In this document: positions 12,248 to 25,895 of the stretch, one piece after another
Numbering within the stretch: position 1 is the stretch's first letter
Layout of the letters: each line of letters opens with the position of its first letter
Assembly: GCF_006345805.1 (NCBI RefSeq)
Contig: NC_042998.1
Coordinates: forward strand, 178,808,001-178,872,000
From: Octopus sinensis
Taxonomy: Eukaryota
Length of the DNA stretch: 64,000 nt
Direction: 5' to 3'
The notes under the pieces: model-generated
The model's database searches: none
Told to the model about the DNA's origin: nothing
The model's input: only the letters and a program-made list of their open reading frames with translations
Translations under genes and position numbers: made by a program

Positions 12248-12248
<1 letters not shown>

Positions 12249-12525
12249 GTGCCAGCGCCACCAGTGGCACATAAAATACACCATCCGATCATGGCCATTT
12301 GCCAGCCTTGTCTGGCACGTAAAAAGCACCCACTACACTCACAGAGTGATTGGTGTTAGGAAGGGCATCCAGCCATAGAAACATTGCCAGATCAGACTGG
12401 GCTTGGTGCAGCCTTCTGGCTTCCCAGACCCCAGTTGAACCGTCCAACCCATGCTAGCATGGAAAGCGGACGCTAAACGATGATGATTATTATGATGGTG
12501 ATGGTGGTGATGATGATGATGATGA
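12248..12525 (+). mobile_element. SINE-like repeat, (GAT)n-tail family
   Basis: Family core and GAT-rich tail. Confidence 0.85.
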
Positions 12526-13444
12526 ATAAGCATGACACAGTGTAAGGCTGACCATGGAGGTTCCAGGGATGATCCATCTGTTGGGCTATAGTAAAAGTAC
12601 GGTTGAACTCTGAACATCCATGAGTGCAAAGTGAATTTCTTAACCATCTGGCCAGCACACATTACTATTACATGAAATGTATTGTAACTCAGGTTATAAA
12701 CTTATTGTATTTACCTTTTTACCTTTTACTTGAGTCAGCCACTGGACTGCGATTATGAAGGGTTTAGTGGAACAAATTTACCCCAGTACATATTTTTCTA
12801 AGAGGTAATATCTATCCTAACTTCAATGTGGATGTTCTGCTAGAACAAACTGTACTGCAGTAGATACATGAGAGAAACTTTCACATTGGCTTTTTGGCGC
12901 AAAATGCACTCTTATTTATATTGCTAGTGGGGAGATAAATCTCAGCCACCTCCAGTGCAAAGACCACCAGATCATGTGATTTCAACTTTACTTGGTCTTG
13001 TTAATGATGGACACTTGACTGCTAGAGACAGCAGTGATTCATCTCCCTGCCAGCTATGATTTCGAATATAATATAATGCCCAATATGCAGCACCTAGAAA
13101 CTAGTAATATATTTTATCCCCTTATCTTCCCTGATCGCTACATTCTGTACCTAAAACCCAATGACATATTTTATCTTATCTTTTCAACACCTGTATAATT
13201 CTAACACCCAGCCACCACCAATTCTGATGTTTTGTATTAAATTCCTCACATTATATATATATGTGTGTAGTAAATAAGGTAACTGGTGTTTTTCTATCGA
13301 CCTTCCAGTGTATTCTTATCAGCAGCATAACTGAAAGGTAAACAATTATGTATCAAATATGACAACAAATATGTATCAAATGTAAATATGATACAAATAT
13401 TTATCATGAGCGGAGAATGTAATGCAGCAATGAACACAAGTGAG

Positions 13445-13795
13445 TATCAGCATCATCATAACAACAACAACATCCCCTTTTCTATGGTTGCATGAGTTGG
13501 ACAGAACTTGTTGAGGTCAATTTTTTTTCTACAGCTGGATGCCCTTCCTAACGCCAACCACTCCAAGAGTGTAGTAGGTGCTTTTATGTGCCACCGGCAT
13601 GAGGGCCAGTCAGGCGATACTGGCAACAGCCATGTTCAAATGGTGTATTTTACGTGCCACCTGCACAGGAGTCAGTCCAGGGACACTGGCAACGACCTCA
13701 CTTGAATATTTTTTTTCATGCCACCGGCACAAGTGCCAGTAAGGCGATGCTGGTAACAATAATGCTCAAATGGTGCTTTTTACGTGCCACCAGCA

Positions 13796-13797
<2 letters not shown>
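13445..13797 (-). mobile_element. SINE-like repeat, (GAT)n-tail family
   Basis: GGATGCCCTTCCTAACGCCAACCACTCC plus repeated TTTTACGTGCCACC modules. Confidence 0.8.
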
Positions 13798-13833
<36 letters not shown>

Positions 13834-14054
13834 ACTAATAGTGGGGAATTATCAATACTTCATAAGCTCTCTGTCAGCACACCAGGCTAACAATATTATT
13901 CAGATTAGTGAACTCCAGATAATCGTGGCAGGATCCAAGGTTATGGTTCATTACAATTCTATATTGGAAATCTGTGGATGGGCTCCAGAAAAAACTGGTT
14001 TTTACACAGAGTGATATATAATGAACAAGTTGAAAATAATGGTCATTACATATT

Positions 14055-14355
14055 TTTCCTTTATTGGAGCAAATATGGCTTACAGCTGTTTCCAGTAGTC
14101 ATTATAGGTACATTACTGATAGTTTTACTCAATTGGTCTATTGATCAATTGAGGAAAATTGAATGACCCAAGAAAATTAATGCTACTTTCATCAGAGTCA
14201 TTTCTGAAGTGACTCTGATGAAAGAAGCATAAATTTTCTTAGGTCATTCAATTTTCTTCAGTTGATCAATAAAACAATTGAGTAAAATTATCAGTAATGT
14301 ACCTATAATGACTACTGGAAACAGCTGTAAGCCATATTTGCTCCAATAAAGGAAA
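14055..14355. repeat. Near-perfect palindrome of about 300 bp
   Basis: Arms of about 146 bp around the spacer at 14201-14209. It gives near-identical ORFs on opposite strands (13978-14166 and 14244-14453). Confidence 0.9.
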
Positions 14356-14447
14356 TATATATATATGAGAGAAAGAAAATGAAAATTCACAAGACCCATT
14401 GTGCACTGGTACCTTGCAAGTAAGCTGCTGAACAAACAACTGTGGTG

Positions 14448-14492
<45 letters not shown>

Positions 14493-14554
14493 TATATTAA
14501 TTCTGCTTGTCATTGCATTACTTAGCCCATTGATAACACTTTCATGTGATTAGA

Positions 14555-14965
14555 GAGAAAGAAAAGGAGAGAGAAAAAGAGGGAGGGAGAGAGGGAAAGA
14601 GAAATCCATGATGTGAAGTAGAAGGAATGTAATTGTAATGCTTTCACATGATTAGTTGAAGGGAAGGAGAAGAGAGAGAAAAAGAGGATAAGGCAAAAAG
14701 AGTGAGGGAAAAAGAGGGAGAAAGAAAAAGGAGAAAGAAAAGAGGGAGAGAGAAGTGTTCATTACATGAGGTAGGAGAAACATATTTATTACATGGTTAA
14801 AGGTGTTAGTTGAAGGTAGAGGAGGAGAGTTAAAAATATAAATTTAATAGAGGGGTGATGTTCTGATAAAGAAGTTAAAGGGAGAGACGGAGAGAGAGAG
14901 AGGAGAGAAAGAGAGAGAAGGTAGAATGAAAGGAGGGAGAGAGAGGTGGTGGTGGTGATGATTTG
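14555..14965. repeat. Purine-rich (GA) low-complexity tract
   Basis: Almost entirely G/A on the + strand. Confidence 0.8.
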
Positions 14966-17900
14966 ATAGTGAAAAGTGTATTTTCTTTTAATTGAACTAA
15001 GTTTTTTTTTATCACCTATCACTTAATGCATGCGCATAAGTGCAATTCCATGAAATATTCACGCTTATTTACATGGCAGATATATGCAATTTAACTAAAG
15101 GTTGTAACATATGTACAGGATAATTTTGTTTCTTAGGGAAATAGGAAAATAAGAGTGAATATCTATTTTATGAATGCTCTGTATTAAGTCTATAAAATTG
15201 TGCATAAAGTATATAAAGTGTATATATAAAGTGCATTAAGTAATCATCGTATTCCAATTTCTTTCACTTTTCAATAAGCAGCAGATGAGCAACTATTTTT
15301 CCATAAAGACACAACACAGGCTATGCTTTCAGATTTTTTTGGATAAAGTTTTCAGAAATAAACCAATAGGTTTACCATTAATTTCAAGAAATATTCATGG
15401 GTCTCACTAGCATGTATAAACACACTCACACAGACTTTTTTGGTTTCCATCTATCAAATCCATTCACAAAGGTTTTGCTAGCTATAATAGAAAACCTCTG
15501 CACAAAGATAAAAATCTGCCATCTTCAGATGATTATAAACTAACAGAGTGATAAGGTAGAAAATTTAAGTTGACTAGCTCACCACATCACAGAGTAAAAT
15601 TTTCACCTTAGTATTCTGTTTAAAATCACCTGAAGATGGCAGATTTTTGTCATGATGTAATCAAAGAATTCTTCAATAAAATGCTGCTAAAACAGCTGTT
15701 GTGAATTTTAAACCTAGTTTGTGTTCTTTTATACACACACACAGACACAGACACGCACACACATACTGGACATGGACTCTTCCATTGGTTTTGACATACG
15801 AGAATCTGGCAATCTACACTTTCTTTGTCAGTCATAATGCTTATGTTGAATGTGAAACAAGAAGAGGGCCTTGGCTAAAAACAGGAAGAGGGCATCGAGC
15901 TATAAAATGCTGCTTCAATAACTCTCATACAATCCATGCCAATAAACAGATATAAAATGATAATGATAAGAGACATTGATATGATAAAATGGTTGCAAGC
16001 TTTCCATATATTTGTATGTGGTTATGTATACATCAAGAGGCGATTAATTCCAGATAGAGATGAACTTTTCAACTGAATGAAACCTGTAATGTCACATCAT
16101 GACAATAAGTGGAAGAGTCCCTTAACCTATAGCAGTTAAATTATTCATTTTGTTTGAACATTTTATATAGAATGTTCAGTTACACAATATATTTTATCTA
16201 TTATTTAAATGTTCTTTGTCAAGTTATCTATTGTTGTATGTTGGTGAATTATTTATATAACACCTAATTCCCTAATTAATAAGTTCATGAGTACTGCTCC
16301 TCTTTTCAGAGAAAACAAAATGTAGATGCATGAATAAATAAATCTCTTTAAAATTATATAAAATAAAGGATGGAAATTAGAGACCTATTGTCTACAAAAT
16401 TTTATCTACATATGAATTTACACCACTTCTAAGAAATAGTCTCTTGTCATATAATTCTCTTGTCTATTATAATTCCATTCATATTGAAAATACTTCACAG
16501 AAATATTAAATTGACTATTTTGATTAGTGCTCGAATGATTCTTCCAAACTATCACCTCATTGGATTTATGTACATCTGTACATTTTGGGGTACTATTAAA
16601 ATTCTTCTCCTGAAAATAGCTAAATTGGCTGAAATACACCTCTTGGATAATCAATATGAGGAATGACCTGACAATGGGGAGAAACAGCATCCCAAACATG
16701 GTGAAAGGAGAAGGTGATGCCAAAAGCTAGAGAACCATGGTTATGTATGTATATATACCGTAGTTTTCGGTTTATGACCCATGGTTTCTTTCTACCAAAT
16801 GGGCATAAATGAGTCTTATGCAGTTGTTAATAGCAGATGCTGGGGATATTTTCCGACTGTTTTCGTTTCTCATTTGTTTTATAACAAATTAATCAACTGA
16901 TTCCCCATATTTTCATGTGCGTTTATTGTATCCCAATGGGGTATTGAGTGGATTAAGTTGTGGTTTTCAGGGTTGCAGGTCTATGGGCAGTGCAGTTCAT
17001 AGTCTGGAAATTATGGCACATGAATGTATGTCATTATTTCCATGTTAATTATCCTGCATTTAATAGGGGACCATGAATCAACAAAAAAACTATAAGGGGA
17101 CTGGCATGTAAAATTTTTTGAAAAGTCTGAGAACCATTGGCTTAGACAAAAGGACATCTGACTAGCCAATTTATAACAACTCAAGTGTAAGTAAGCACAC
17201 TGTTAAAATGAATAATGATTAACCTTTCAATTTCAGATATCAGTATATTTAGTCATCAAGTCTATTTTCTGAGGTCAATTTACCTCAACTACTGCTCCCT
17301 ATTATATTTTTATATTCCTCAATACAATACTTCACTCAATTGAGGGCTCTTGTTTTGTAGGTACTTGATGACCTCACTGCACTGATGCCTGAAAAATGCA
17401 CCCAATATTCTGGGAAGTGATTGACATTAGGAAGGGCATCCAGCTATAGAAATCATGCCAAAGCAGACATTTTAGCCTGGTGCAACCCTCTGGCTCATCA
17501 GTTTGTGTCAAACTGTCCAACCCATTCCAGCATAGAAAAAGAAACATTAAGTGAAGGTGATGATGATGTCTTTATAACAAAAAAAAACCCCATTATTTAT
17601 CTCTTATCTCCTTAGTGGCCTAGATTACCACCTTAAATACCATTAGAACATTAATTCCCTAGTTTCGAAAATTGATGGATGTTTAACATGCTGGTACCAT
17701 GCAGGGCTACAGGCATAATCCAAACAATAGAAGTAATACATAAGTATTTAATTAGGAGTCATCTGAATTTTTTTGTCACAACTCAAGGTCAGAATAAAGT
17801 TATAGTAGAGAACAGAATACAGAGCCAAGGATAAGAAGAAGGAAAATAAACATAACAAATATAATATACATGTGTATGAGTACGATACTTCAAAGTGAGA

Positions 17901-18644
17901 TTAGGGATTTAAAATGAGCAAATTATTTCACTTAAACAACTGTTTATTCTCTTAACAGTGTTTCTTAAATATATTCAAGATTAGGAATATATTTGCATAT
18001 TAAGTAAATATACCCATTACTGTGAGACTGAGATTTCGATTTGAGGTATTCTTATTTGTGGTTTAAAACATATTGTTTTATTGTTTTACATGTTTCAGCC
18101 CTAAGGCTGTGGCCATGCTGGGGTACCACCAGTGCATATGCTTAATCCTTACAACAAAATTTCTGTATCAGACATTTGTGCAGAACCATCATCATTGCCA
18201 TCATTATTTCAGAGCCATTTTCCATACTGGCATGGGCTGGACAGTCTGATAGAATCGTGCAAGCTGCAGGGCCATACCAAGCTCCAATGTCAGCCTTGGC
18301 AATGGTTTATACAGCTTGATGCCCTTCTAAATGCCAACCACTTTACAGAATGTACTGAATGCTTTTTGTCACCAAGTAGCTTGCAAGACAAGAAAAGAAA
18401 GAAGGAAAGAGAGGTAAAAAAAAATAGACAACAATCCTGCACGTTACAAAACACACACCCTGCGATAATATTCTCAGAAAATTAGCATTGGGTTCCTTAG
18501 GCATACTTACTCCTCAAAAAACTAGAAGGCATTATAATCATATCATGAGCTTTTTGCCTTATTGCATGTCTGATGAAAACTTAAAACCAAGCAAGATAAA
18601 ATTGTTAATATCACAAATGATTTTATGCTGTTTTGATATATTTC

Positions 18645-18928
18645 TTGATGCCAGCGCCACCTTGGCTGGCTTCCGTGCCGGTGGCACGTTAAAAGCACCA
18701 ACCGATCGTGACCGATACCAGCCCTCCCCCCCGGCACCTGTGCAGGTGGCACGTAAAAAGCACCCACTACACTCGCGGAGTGGTTGGCATTAGGAAGGGC
18801 ATCCAGCTGTAGAAACACTGCCAGATCAGACTGGAGCCTGGTGCAGCCCTGGCTTCCCAGACCCCGGTCGAACCGTCCAACCCGTGCTAGCGTGGAAAAC
18901 GGATGTTAAATGACGATGATGATGATGA
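18645..18928 (+). mobile_element. SINE-like repeat, (GAT)n-tail family (young, CpG-retaining)
   Basis: Family core and tail GGATGTTAAATGACGATGATGATG. Confidence 0.85.
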
Positions 18929-20088
18929 TTCAATAAATCTTTTTTGTGTTAATTTGATTTCTCACATTGAAGTGGTATGGTCTCACATTGAAGTAAAGTT
19001 TTCTAACTTAGAATTACAAATACTGTATTTTTTGAAGGAGACAAAACACACAACTGTTGAGTGTAGAAGATCAATGTATAGTGCAAACAAAAACGCTCCA
19101 CACAATGGTCTCACTTAAAATGTTTTGTACGTATTGTTCTGAAGATTATTTACAATGTCTTGTTCTTGTTGTCCTGGGATTAAGCAACAATACAGACAAA
19201 TGTTCTGACATGTAACTGTTACAGTTATTCAAGATATTCCAAGAAAACAATCTTTACTTTCATCTTTTTGTTACAATATTCAATGAAGTAACTTATTTTT
19301 GTTGAATGCTAATAGTGACAAGCCGTCTATCATACAAAAATACAAATAAACATGTGTGAAGCTATTACAATGGTTGTATATATTTCAATATCAAACCACT
19401 CATTTCAGTACAAATACAAATGCAAGCATAATTTTTTTTTCTTTTTCTCTCTCTTTCCAGCCAAGACTTGAAATCAAACAGCTAAGAAACATTACAAATA
19501 CAAAAGTCATTATTTAAAATTCTTCCCTGTCCACAGAACACCAGGAGCAGTGTACTCATTAATCACAGGTGAAATTTCACTTACATTCAAAATTGAAAAC
19601 TATATGTTGATGAAAACCCTAAAATGCATATGTAACAAAAAAGAAATGACCAAAACAGTAATTTAATAAAATTTACATATCTAGGGACTTTTTAAAATTA
19701 AGGATCCATTATTTAGCATATTTGCCATGTTGCCACATATATATATAAGTTGCCTGGGGACCCTGTGCACCTACGGGCAAGTCTCAGAATAGCAAAAGAC
19801 TGACTTGTCCAGATTTAAAAAAATTATCATGTGTTTGTGTGTGTTATATATATATATATCATCATCATCATTTAACATATATTTTCGATGTTGGTATGGG
19901 TTGGACAGATGGATATATATTTATTAATTATAAGAGTCATTAGAATCTAGGCATATAAATACGTAGGATGTCAGAACTGGCTAGGTACAATAACAAAGGT
20001 TTCACAGATTCACAGTAAGGTAAAATGACCATGAAGGCATTATATGTTGGTAGGATACTGAAGACATGTAAGCACCAAATATAACTTA

Positions 20089-21067
20089 AACTCAGGATTG
20101 GTTGTAGGAGCAGCATAGATATTAAAAAAAGAACACAAAGGGCATTTATTATTTGCAACAGCTGTTTCGGTAGAACTTTAATGATATATTCAAAGAATAC
20201 ATCAAAGCATAAATCCTAAGGTGGTGGGTTTATGCTATGTAATCTATGAATACATCAATAACATTCTACTAAAACAGCTGTCATAAATTCTAAACACCAT
20301 TTATGGTCTTCTTTTATATATATACAAGCTGAATACCCCATCGTTGATGAGTAATTTGGCAGACTTTTGTAAGAGTACACCAACATAAGTTGGGTTTTCT
20401 CTATTTTGACAAGGATTTTACAAATGTTCTTGTACTACACTCTTACAAATGATGGGGGAAGCTTTTTAGATAAAAAAAAATTTTGAAAATTTATGAATCT
20501 CCCCTTTCCCACCCACTCTGGACCAATTTTATCCAACTTATTTTTCTCTTGATTTTTGCATCAAAAAAGGTATCTTCTATTGTTTTTAAGTGCATAATGC
20601 AAAAAAACAAAAAAAGAAGTTGGATAAAATCGGTCCAGAGTGGGTGGGAAAGGGGAGATTCATAAATTTTCAAAAATTTTTTTTATCTAAAAAGCTTCCC
20701 CCATCATTTGTAAGAGTGTAGTACAAGAACATTTGTAAAATCCTTGTCAAAATAAAGAAAACCCAATTTATGTTGGTGTACTCTTACAAAAGTCTGCCAA
20801 ATTACTCATCAACGATGGGGTATTCAGCTAGTATATATATAAAAGAAGAACATAAATGGTGTTTAGAATTTATGACAGCTGTTTTAGTAGAATGTTATTG
20901 ATGTATTCATAGATTACATAGCATAAACCCACCACCTTTAGGATTTATGCTTTGATGTATTCTTTGGATACATCATTAAAGTTCTACCAAAACAGCTGTT
21001 GCAAATAATAAATGCCCTTTGTGTTCTTTTTTAATACCTATGCTGCACCTACAACCAATCCTGAGTT
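20089..21067. repeat. Large fold-back palindrome, about 980 bp (arms about 470 bp, spacer about 40 bp)
   Basis: Runs from AACTCAGGATTGGTTGTAGG to CCTACAACCAATCCTGAGTT. The arms are reverse complements with scattered substitutions. Mirror ORFs 20483-20665(+) and 20491-20673(-). Confidence 0.92.
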
Positions 21068-21560
21068 GAAAATTTAGAAATTTTTTCATACCCCTTTTCT
21101 CTACTAAGCATTAATGTTGGCCAATGTTTTTTGTACTACATACTTAAAAATGATGGGAAAAGCCTTGAAGGTCAAAAGAAAAAAAAAAGAGAAATCAGCA
21201 ATCAACATCACAATCCTGACTTCCTTTATTTTGAAACAGAAAATGAAAAATAATTTAAAAACAATACTTAGATTTTTAAAAAGATTTTCTATTAACTCCA
21301 TCCCATTCACTCCTATAAATCCTAGAATTTCAGCTTTTTTTTTTCAAAATTTTTAAAATCATTGTTTCAAAATACAGACAATCCAAACCCAGGACTGGAT
21401 TTAAATCTTGAATTGGGGAGGGTGTACTTCACGTTCAGTTGGCCCCTCATATGCAAATCTTGAAAAATTACCAAATTTAAATCTCAAAACCCATCTATTT
21501 CATGTCATTGAATTTGAGAAAATTTAAATAAAAGACTGAAAATATTGCTTTATAGAAACA

Positions 21561-21971
21561 CTAGCAGCATAGCCCGCCGTTGCCCGGGTATGTAAGAGCC
21601 CCTAGTAGGCAACGACTAATCCCAATCTAGTCCTTTCCCTCTAGGGAACGAAGGCACATGTGCAGGTTGCAATGTCTTCTCTTCACTCGAATACTCCTGT
21701 GTATACGCTGTCCCTAGCTGTCGAGTTGTGTCCCCTAGACAGAAAATGTGTTGCATATAAAAAGCTTAGATTCTCGACCCCATGTCGAATTTATCGATTT
21801 TTTTCAGAACTGGGGGAACTTTTCAAAATTTTCTCTGCGTTAGTTTTGAATTATGACATTGGGCTATGTGCGTGTCAAGTTTCATCAGAATCGGTTGAAA
21901 GCCGTGGTCATGGTGAGGGTACAACCTGACAGACACACAGACAGACAAACTGCCGTTTATATATAGAGAGA
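21561..21971 (-). mobile_element. Non-autonomous Helitron
   Basis: Minus strand starts TCTCTCTATATATAAACGG and ends with a GC-rich subterminal hairpin (CCCGGGCAACGGCGGGC) plus CTAG. Flanked by A and T, with no TSD. Confidence 0.85.
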
Positions 21972-22449
21972 TTTTTCAAAATTCAAATTGCCTTTTTTAC
22001 ACATCCACTTGCAGTGTTTGGATTTTCCTCCATTGTGAAAAGTACAATGAAGGAGGGAAGAGTGGGTAAGACTTTTTTCTTTTAATATGAGTTACCAATT
22101 TCAGAATGTGGAATACAAAATGACAGAAAATAACAAAAAAAAAAAAATCATTTTAGTGGCTGTTGCTGTTCCAAAGGCAGGATGAGTGTGTTCTTTTTTC
22201 TTTGGGTGGTGGGGAAGAGATATCAACATTTAAAAGACACGGATTTAAATTTTTTTTCTTTTAAAAGGGCTACCCTTCATTGTTTTGCAATGCGTGAAAA
22301 AAGAAAGGGAATATTCCAACAAAAACAGGGTAATTTATATAGGACAGCTATTCCAAATGTCTGCTCTTCCAGTTTCTAACGGGTGGGGTGTAGATGGGGC
22401 GTAATGAGTAATATTTACTGCATTTGAAAAAAATATTTTTTACAAATGT

Positions 22450-22694
22450 TCACCTGTGCCGGTGGCACGTGTAAAAGATTCGAGTGAGGTCATTGCCAGT
22501 ACCACCTGACTGGCCCCCATGCTGGTGGCACATAAAAAGCACCCACTACACTCTTAGAGTGGTTAGCGTTAGGAAGAGCATCCAGCTGTAGAAACTCTAC
22601 CAAATCAAGATTGGAGCCTTGTGCAGCCATCTGGTTCGCCAGCCCTCAGTCAAAATCGTCCAACCCATGCTAGCATGGAAAGCAGATGTTAAAC

Positions 22695-22727
<33 letters not shown>
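22450..22727 (+). mobile_element. SINE-like repeat, (GAT)n-tail family
   Basis: Family core and a long (GAT)n tail. Confidence 0.85.
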
Positions 22728-22728
<1 letters not shown>

Positions 22729-24367
22729 TTCACTACCTTTCAAAAACTGTATCTACTAAGCAGAGAGCTTCTCTTAATGCAGTAAAAACACTGTAACATA
22801 TTCAGAACACTGTTTCAGAAAATAATCATCGTTCTCTTTGAACATATAAAAGACAAATTTAGATAGGGTAAAATAAATAAGACAAGATAAAGTAAATTTG
22901 CCTCTTCAAATCTCCCAAATTTCATTTGCAAAGAGACTCATAGACATAAATGTCCATCCTTAGACATCAGAAAGATCAGAAATGCAACAAAAATTTTAAA
23001 TATCTTTGTTGAATGAAACAGGATCATAGAAAAATAAGTACACGGTATGAAATTAATGAAACCTGACTAAATCTAAAAACTCAACATAAAATATTCTCTA
23101 TAGCTTCTTCATATTCTCTATAGATTCTTCAAATACAGAAAAAAAAAGAAAGAAAGAAAAAGGTTCGATTTAATGAAAAACATTTGAACATATATGCAAT
23201 AATACTAAAGCTGAAAAAATAATGCTTTTAGCTGTAGAGAGAGAGGTAATTTTATAATTAAAACTTAATTCAAAATTAAAATTTTGGAACATATTTCTAT
23301 ACTTGTTTCATAAAATAAGATCAGTTGTCAATACCTCACTGAAATAATTAAGTTTAGAAGTAGCCATGTGTGCGTGCGTGCATCCATGCATGTGTGTGTG
23401 CAATTAACTACAAGTAGTCAAGCCAAGGTCATTGTTCAGTCATGTGTTGAAAGGAATTTGACCTAGAGACAGTAACTACTTTCTATCAATCTCTTTATAT
23501 TGACAACTTACCCATTCTATCTGTCACCATTAATCTATCCCTCTATTATTTACCACTCTCTTTATCACACACACACACACATGCTTTTTCAAGCGTGTTC
23601 TGTCATTTCCCTGTCATTGTCTCAAAAGTTACAATTCCCAAAGAAATTGTAAGCTGCCTTTGAGATTGAGTAGTAAACTTTTTTTTTTAATTGAATAAAT
23701 TGGTGTCTCTAAGGAGGTAAAATCTAGGGTTATTTATCATAAAAGAGCATACCTTTGTATATTGAAAGAGTCACTTCATACCAGATATACATACATACAT
23801 ACATTTTCAGAATTGTTCTATTGTTTCCCTTTTCTCTGTCATTCCCAATAGCAGCTACCATTCTCAAGGTAAACTGTAAGGTGCTATTAAGATTGGGTAG
23901 CAAACTGCTTTTTAATTGAATAAATTGGTGTCTGTAAAGTGGCAAAATCTATGGTTATTTATTATAAAACAGAATCCATTAAGTCAAGATAACCTTTGTA
24001 TATTGAAAGTGAGACTTTATGGAGGTGGGGCAACCCTGTATTGAGCGCTATATATACCCTTCACAGCAGGGGACCCCAAATAGGGGACCAGTGCAATTGC
24101 CCCCTTTGCCCCCCCCCCCAATAAACCCTGCCCTGATAAAGAGAGTGGTAAATAATAGAGGGATAGATTAATGGTGACAGATAGAATGGGTAAGTTGTCA
24201 ATATAAAAGTTGAGTTATTTCTTGCAGAAAATTATACTTTTTTATTATTTATAAACAACCTTCTCTTTAGGACACAAAATTTGAAAAACAAATTTGTTTT
24301 TTTCCAGGACACACTATTTCAGAGCCTTTTGGGTTAAACACACATACACTCAAATTTATATATATAT

Positions 24368-24525
24368 ACAGGGAGAATTCACAAAAAAAAACAAAAGACG
24401 AAGACAGGTGGTGTAGAAAACAAACAGATGTTAGTATCACGCTCGGGAATTGAAAAAGTCTTTAACGTTTCGAGCCTACACTCTTCTACAGAAAGGAACA
24501 TAGAAAGAAACAAGAGAAAAAAAAT
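24368..24525 (-). mobile_element. Solo PLE (Neptune-type) pseudo-LTR with hammerhead-like motif (24460-24495)
   Basis: Homologous to 3557-3720 and 62390-62540. Minus strand reads CTTTCTGTAGAAGAGTGTAGGCTCGAAACGTTAAAG. Confidence 0.75.
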
Positions 24526-25034
24526 ATATAAATACTTATTTGGAAATGGATGCGTGGCGTTCAATTAAATAATAATATAAATAATATATATATGGGTACA
24601 GGACGTCACCAACTGTGTAAACAACATGAAGTACAAAAACAAACAATGTCACTTAACTCAGAGAGAGAGATACTTCTTTGGTAACCATTCTAATGTTAGT
24701 ATGACATTGGAAAACCAAGAATATAACAAAAACAAAATGTATGCAAACAAACAAAATAATGATTCTGTCTCTATTATAATTCCTGAATTGGTGACAAATG
24801 TCCAAATTCATTTTCCTTTTTCTCTTAACTAACACTTCTTACATTTATCATTTTAACAATCTAGAGTTACAATGTAGAGTTACATTAACGATCTAGAGTT
24901 ACATTTTAATGACATTCTCAATTACCACTGACTTTCAAAATTTGAAATCCTTTATAGTATTTATGAGTAATTTAACTTGTCAAGTAATTTAACTTGCTGC
25001 ACCCAAGTAGTATGGTGGAGAGGAAGTACTGCTA

Positions 25035-25822
25035 GGATCCTCCCAAGCAAAGGACATAGGTATACGATTTTCTGAGCAGGGAACACTGATGGGGTCGGGG
25101 GTGTGGGTATACTTCTTGTGGAGAAATGGGTTGATAAGGTAATCGAGGTAGTCAGAATCTGTGATAAAATACTTAAGATTAGATTCGTGCAGCAACATGG
25201 TTTGGCAACCGTTATCTCGGCCTATGCCCCTCGGCCGAGGCTAACTGATGAACAGAATGACCAATTTTATGACACCCTCTTGCAGATTACCTCATCAATG
25301 AATGACAGGGATCTTCTCTTTGTAGCTGGCAACTTCAATGGACATGTTGGACAACATGCAGGGGGCTTCCATGGCTATGGTTTTGATTCCAGCAATGAGG
25401 AGGGAACCAAACTGCTGAAGTTCTGTGATGCAAAGGATCTTATGGTTTGTAATACTAACTTCAGGAAACCTGCCAGCCACCTATTCACCTACCGATCTGG
25501 TGGACACACTCGTTAAATTGATTACATCTTCACCAGGAAACGGGAAAGATGGCTACTTATAAATGCCAAAACCTTCCTAGGTGAAGAATGCACTCCACAA
25601 CATAGATTAGTAGTTAGTGACTTCAGGATCAGGGCTAAATGGACTCCCAGAAGATGGCCAGCAGGGAGAAGAAGGGTCTAGAAGCTTAAGGATCTTGTGA
25701 ATGGACAGAGATTTAGAAATGTATTACTTGAAGCTTTTGACAAAATAGAGAGGGATATAGCATTACATTATGTGGAAGACAACTGGATGTTTCTACAGGA
25801 CAACCTGTTGAGGGCTACTGAG
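25035..25822 (+). pseudogene. RTE-clade LINE fragment, APE endonuclease domain
   Basis: GVGILLVEKW...ATVISAYAP...DQFYDTL...LFVAGNFNGHVG...SNEEGTKLLKFC...LMVCNTNFRKPASHLFTYRSGG..R*IDYI...EECTPQHRLVV, with in-frame stops. Confidence 0.9.
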
Positions 25823-25895
25823 GGCTTTTTATGTGCCACCGGCACTGGAGATATGTGTGCGTGTGTTCTTCATTTTTGGGGATATATATATATAT

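Noticed and set aside
20483-20673. Overlapping near-identical ORFs on both strands
   Set aside because: A trivial consequence of the palindrome centre.
21390-24135. Single hAT element bounded by CAGGACTGGATTTA and TAAACCCTGCCCTG
   Set aside because: The TIRs match only partly and the 8-bp flanks (TCCAAACC vs ATAAAGAG) are not a TSD.
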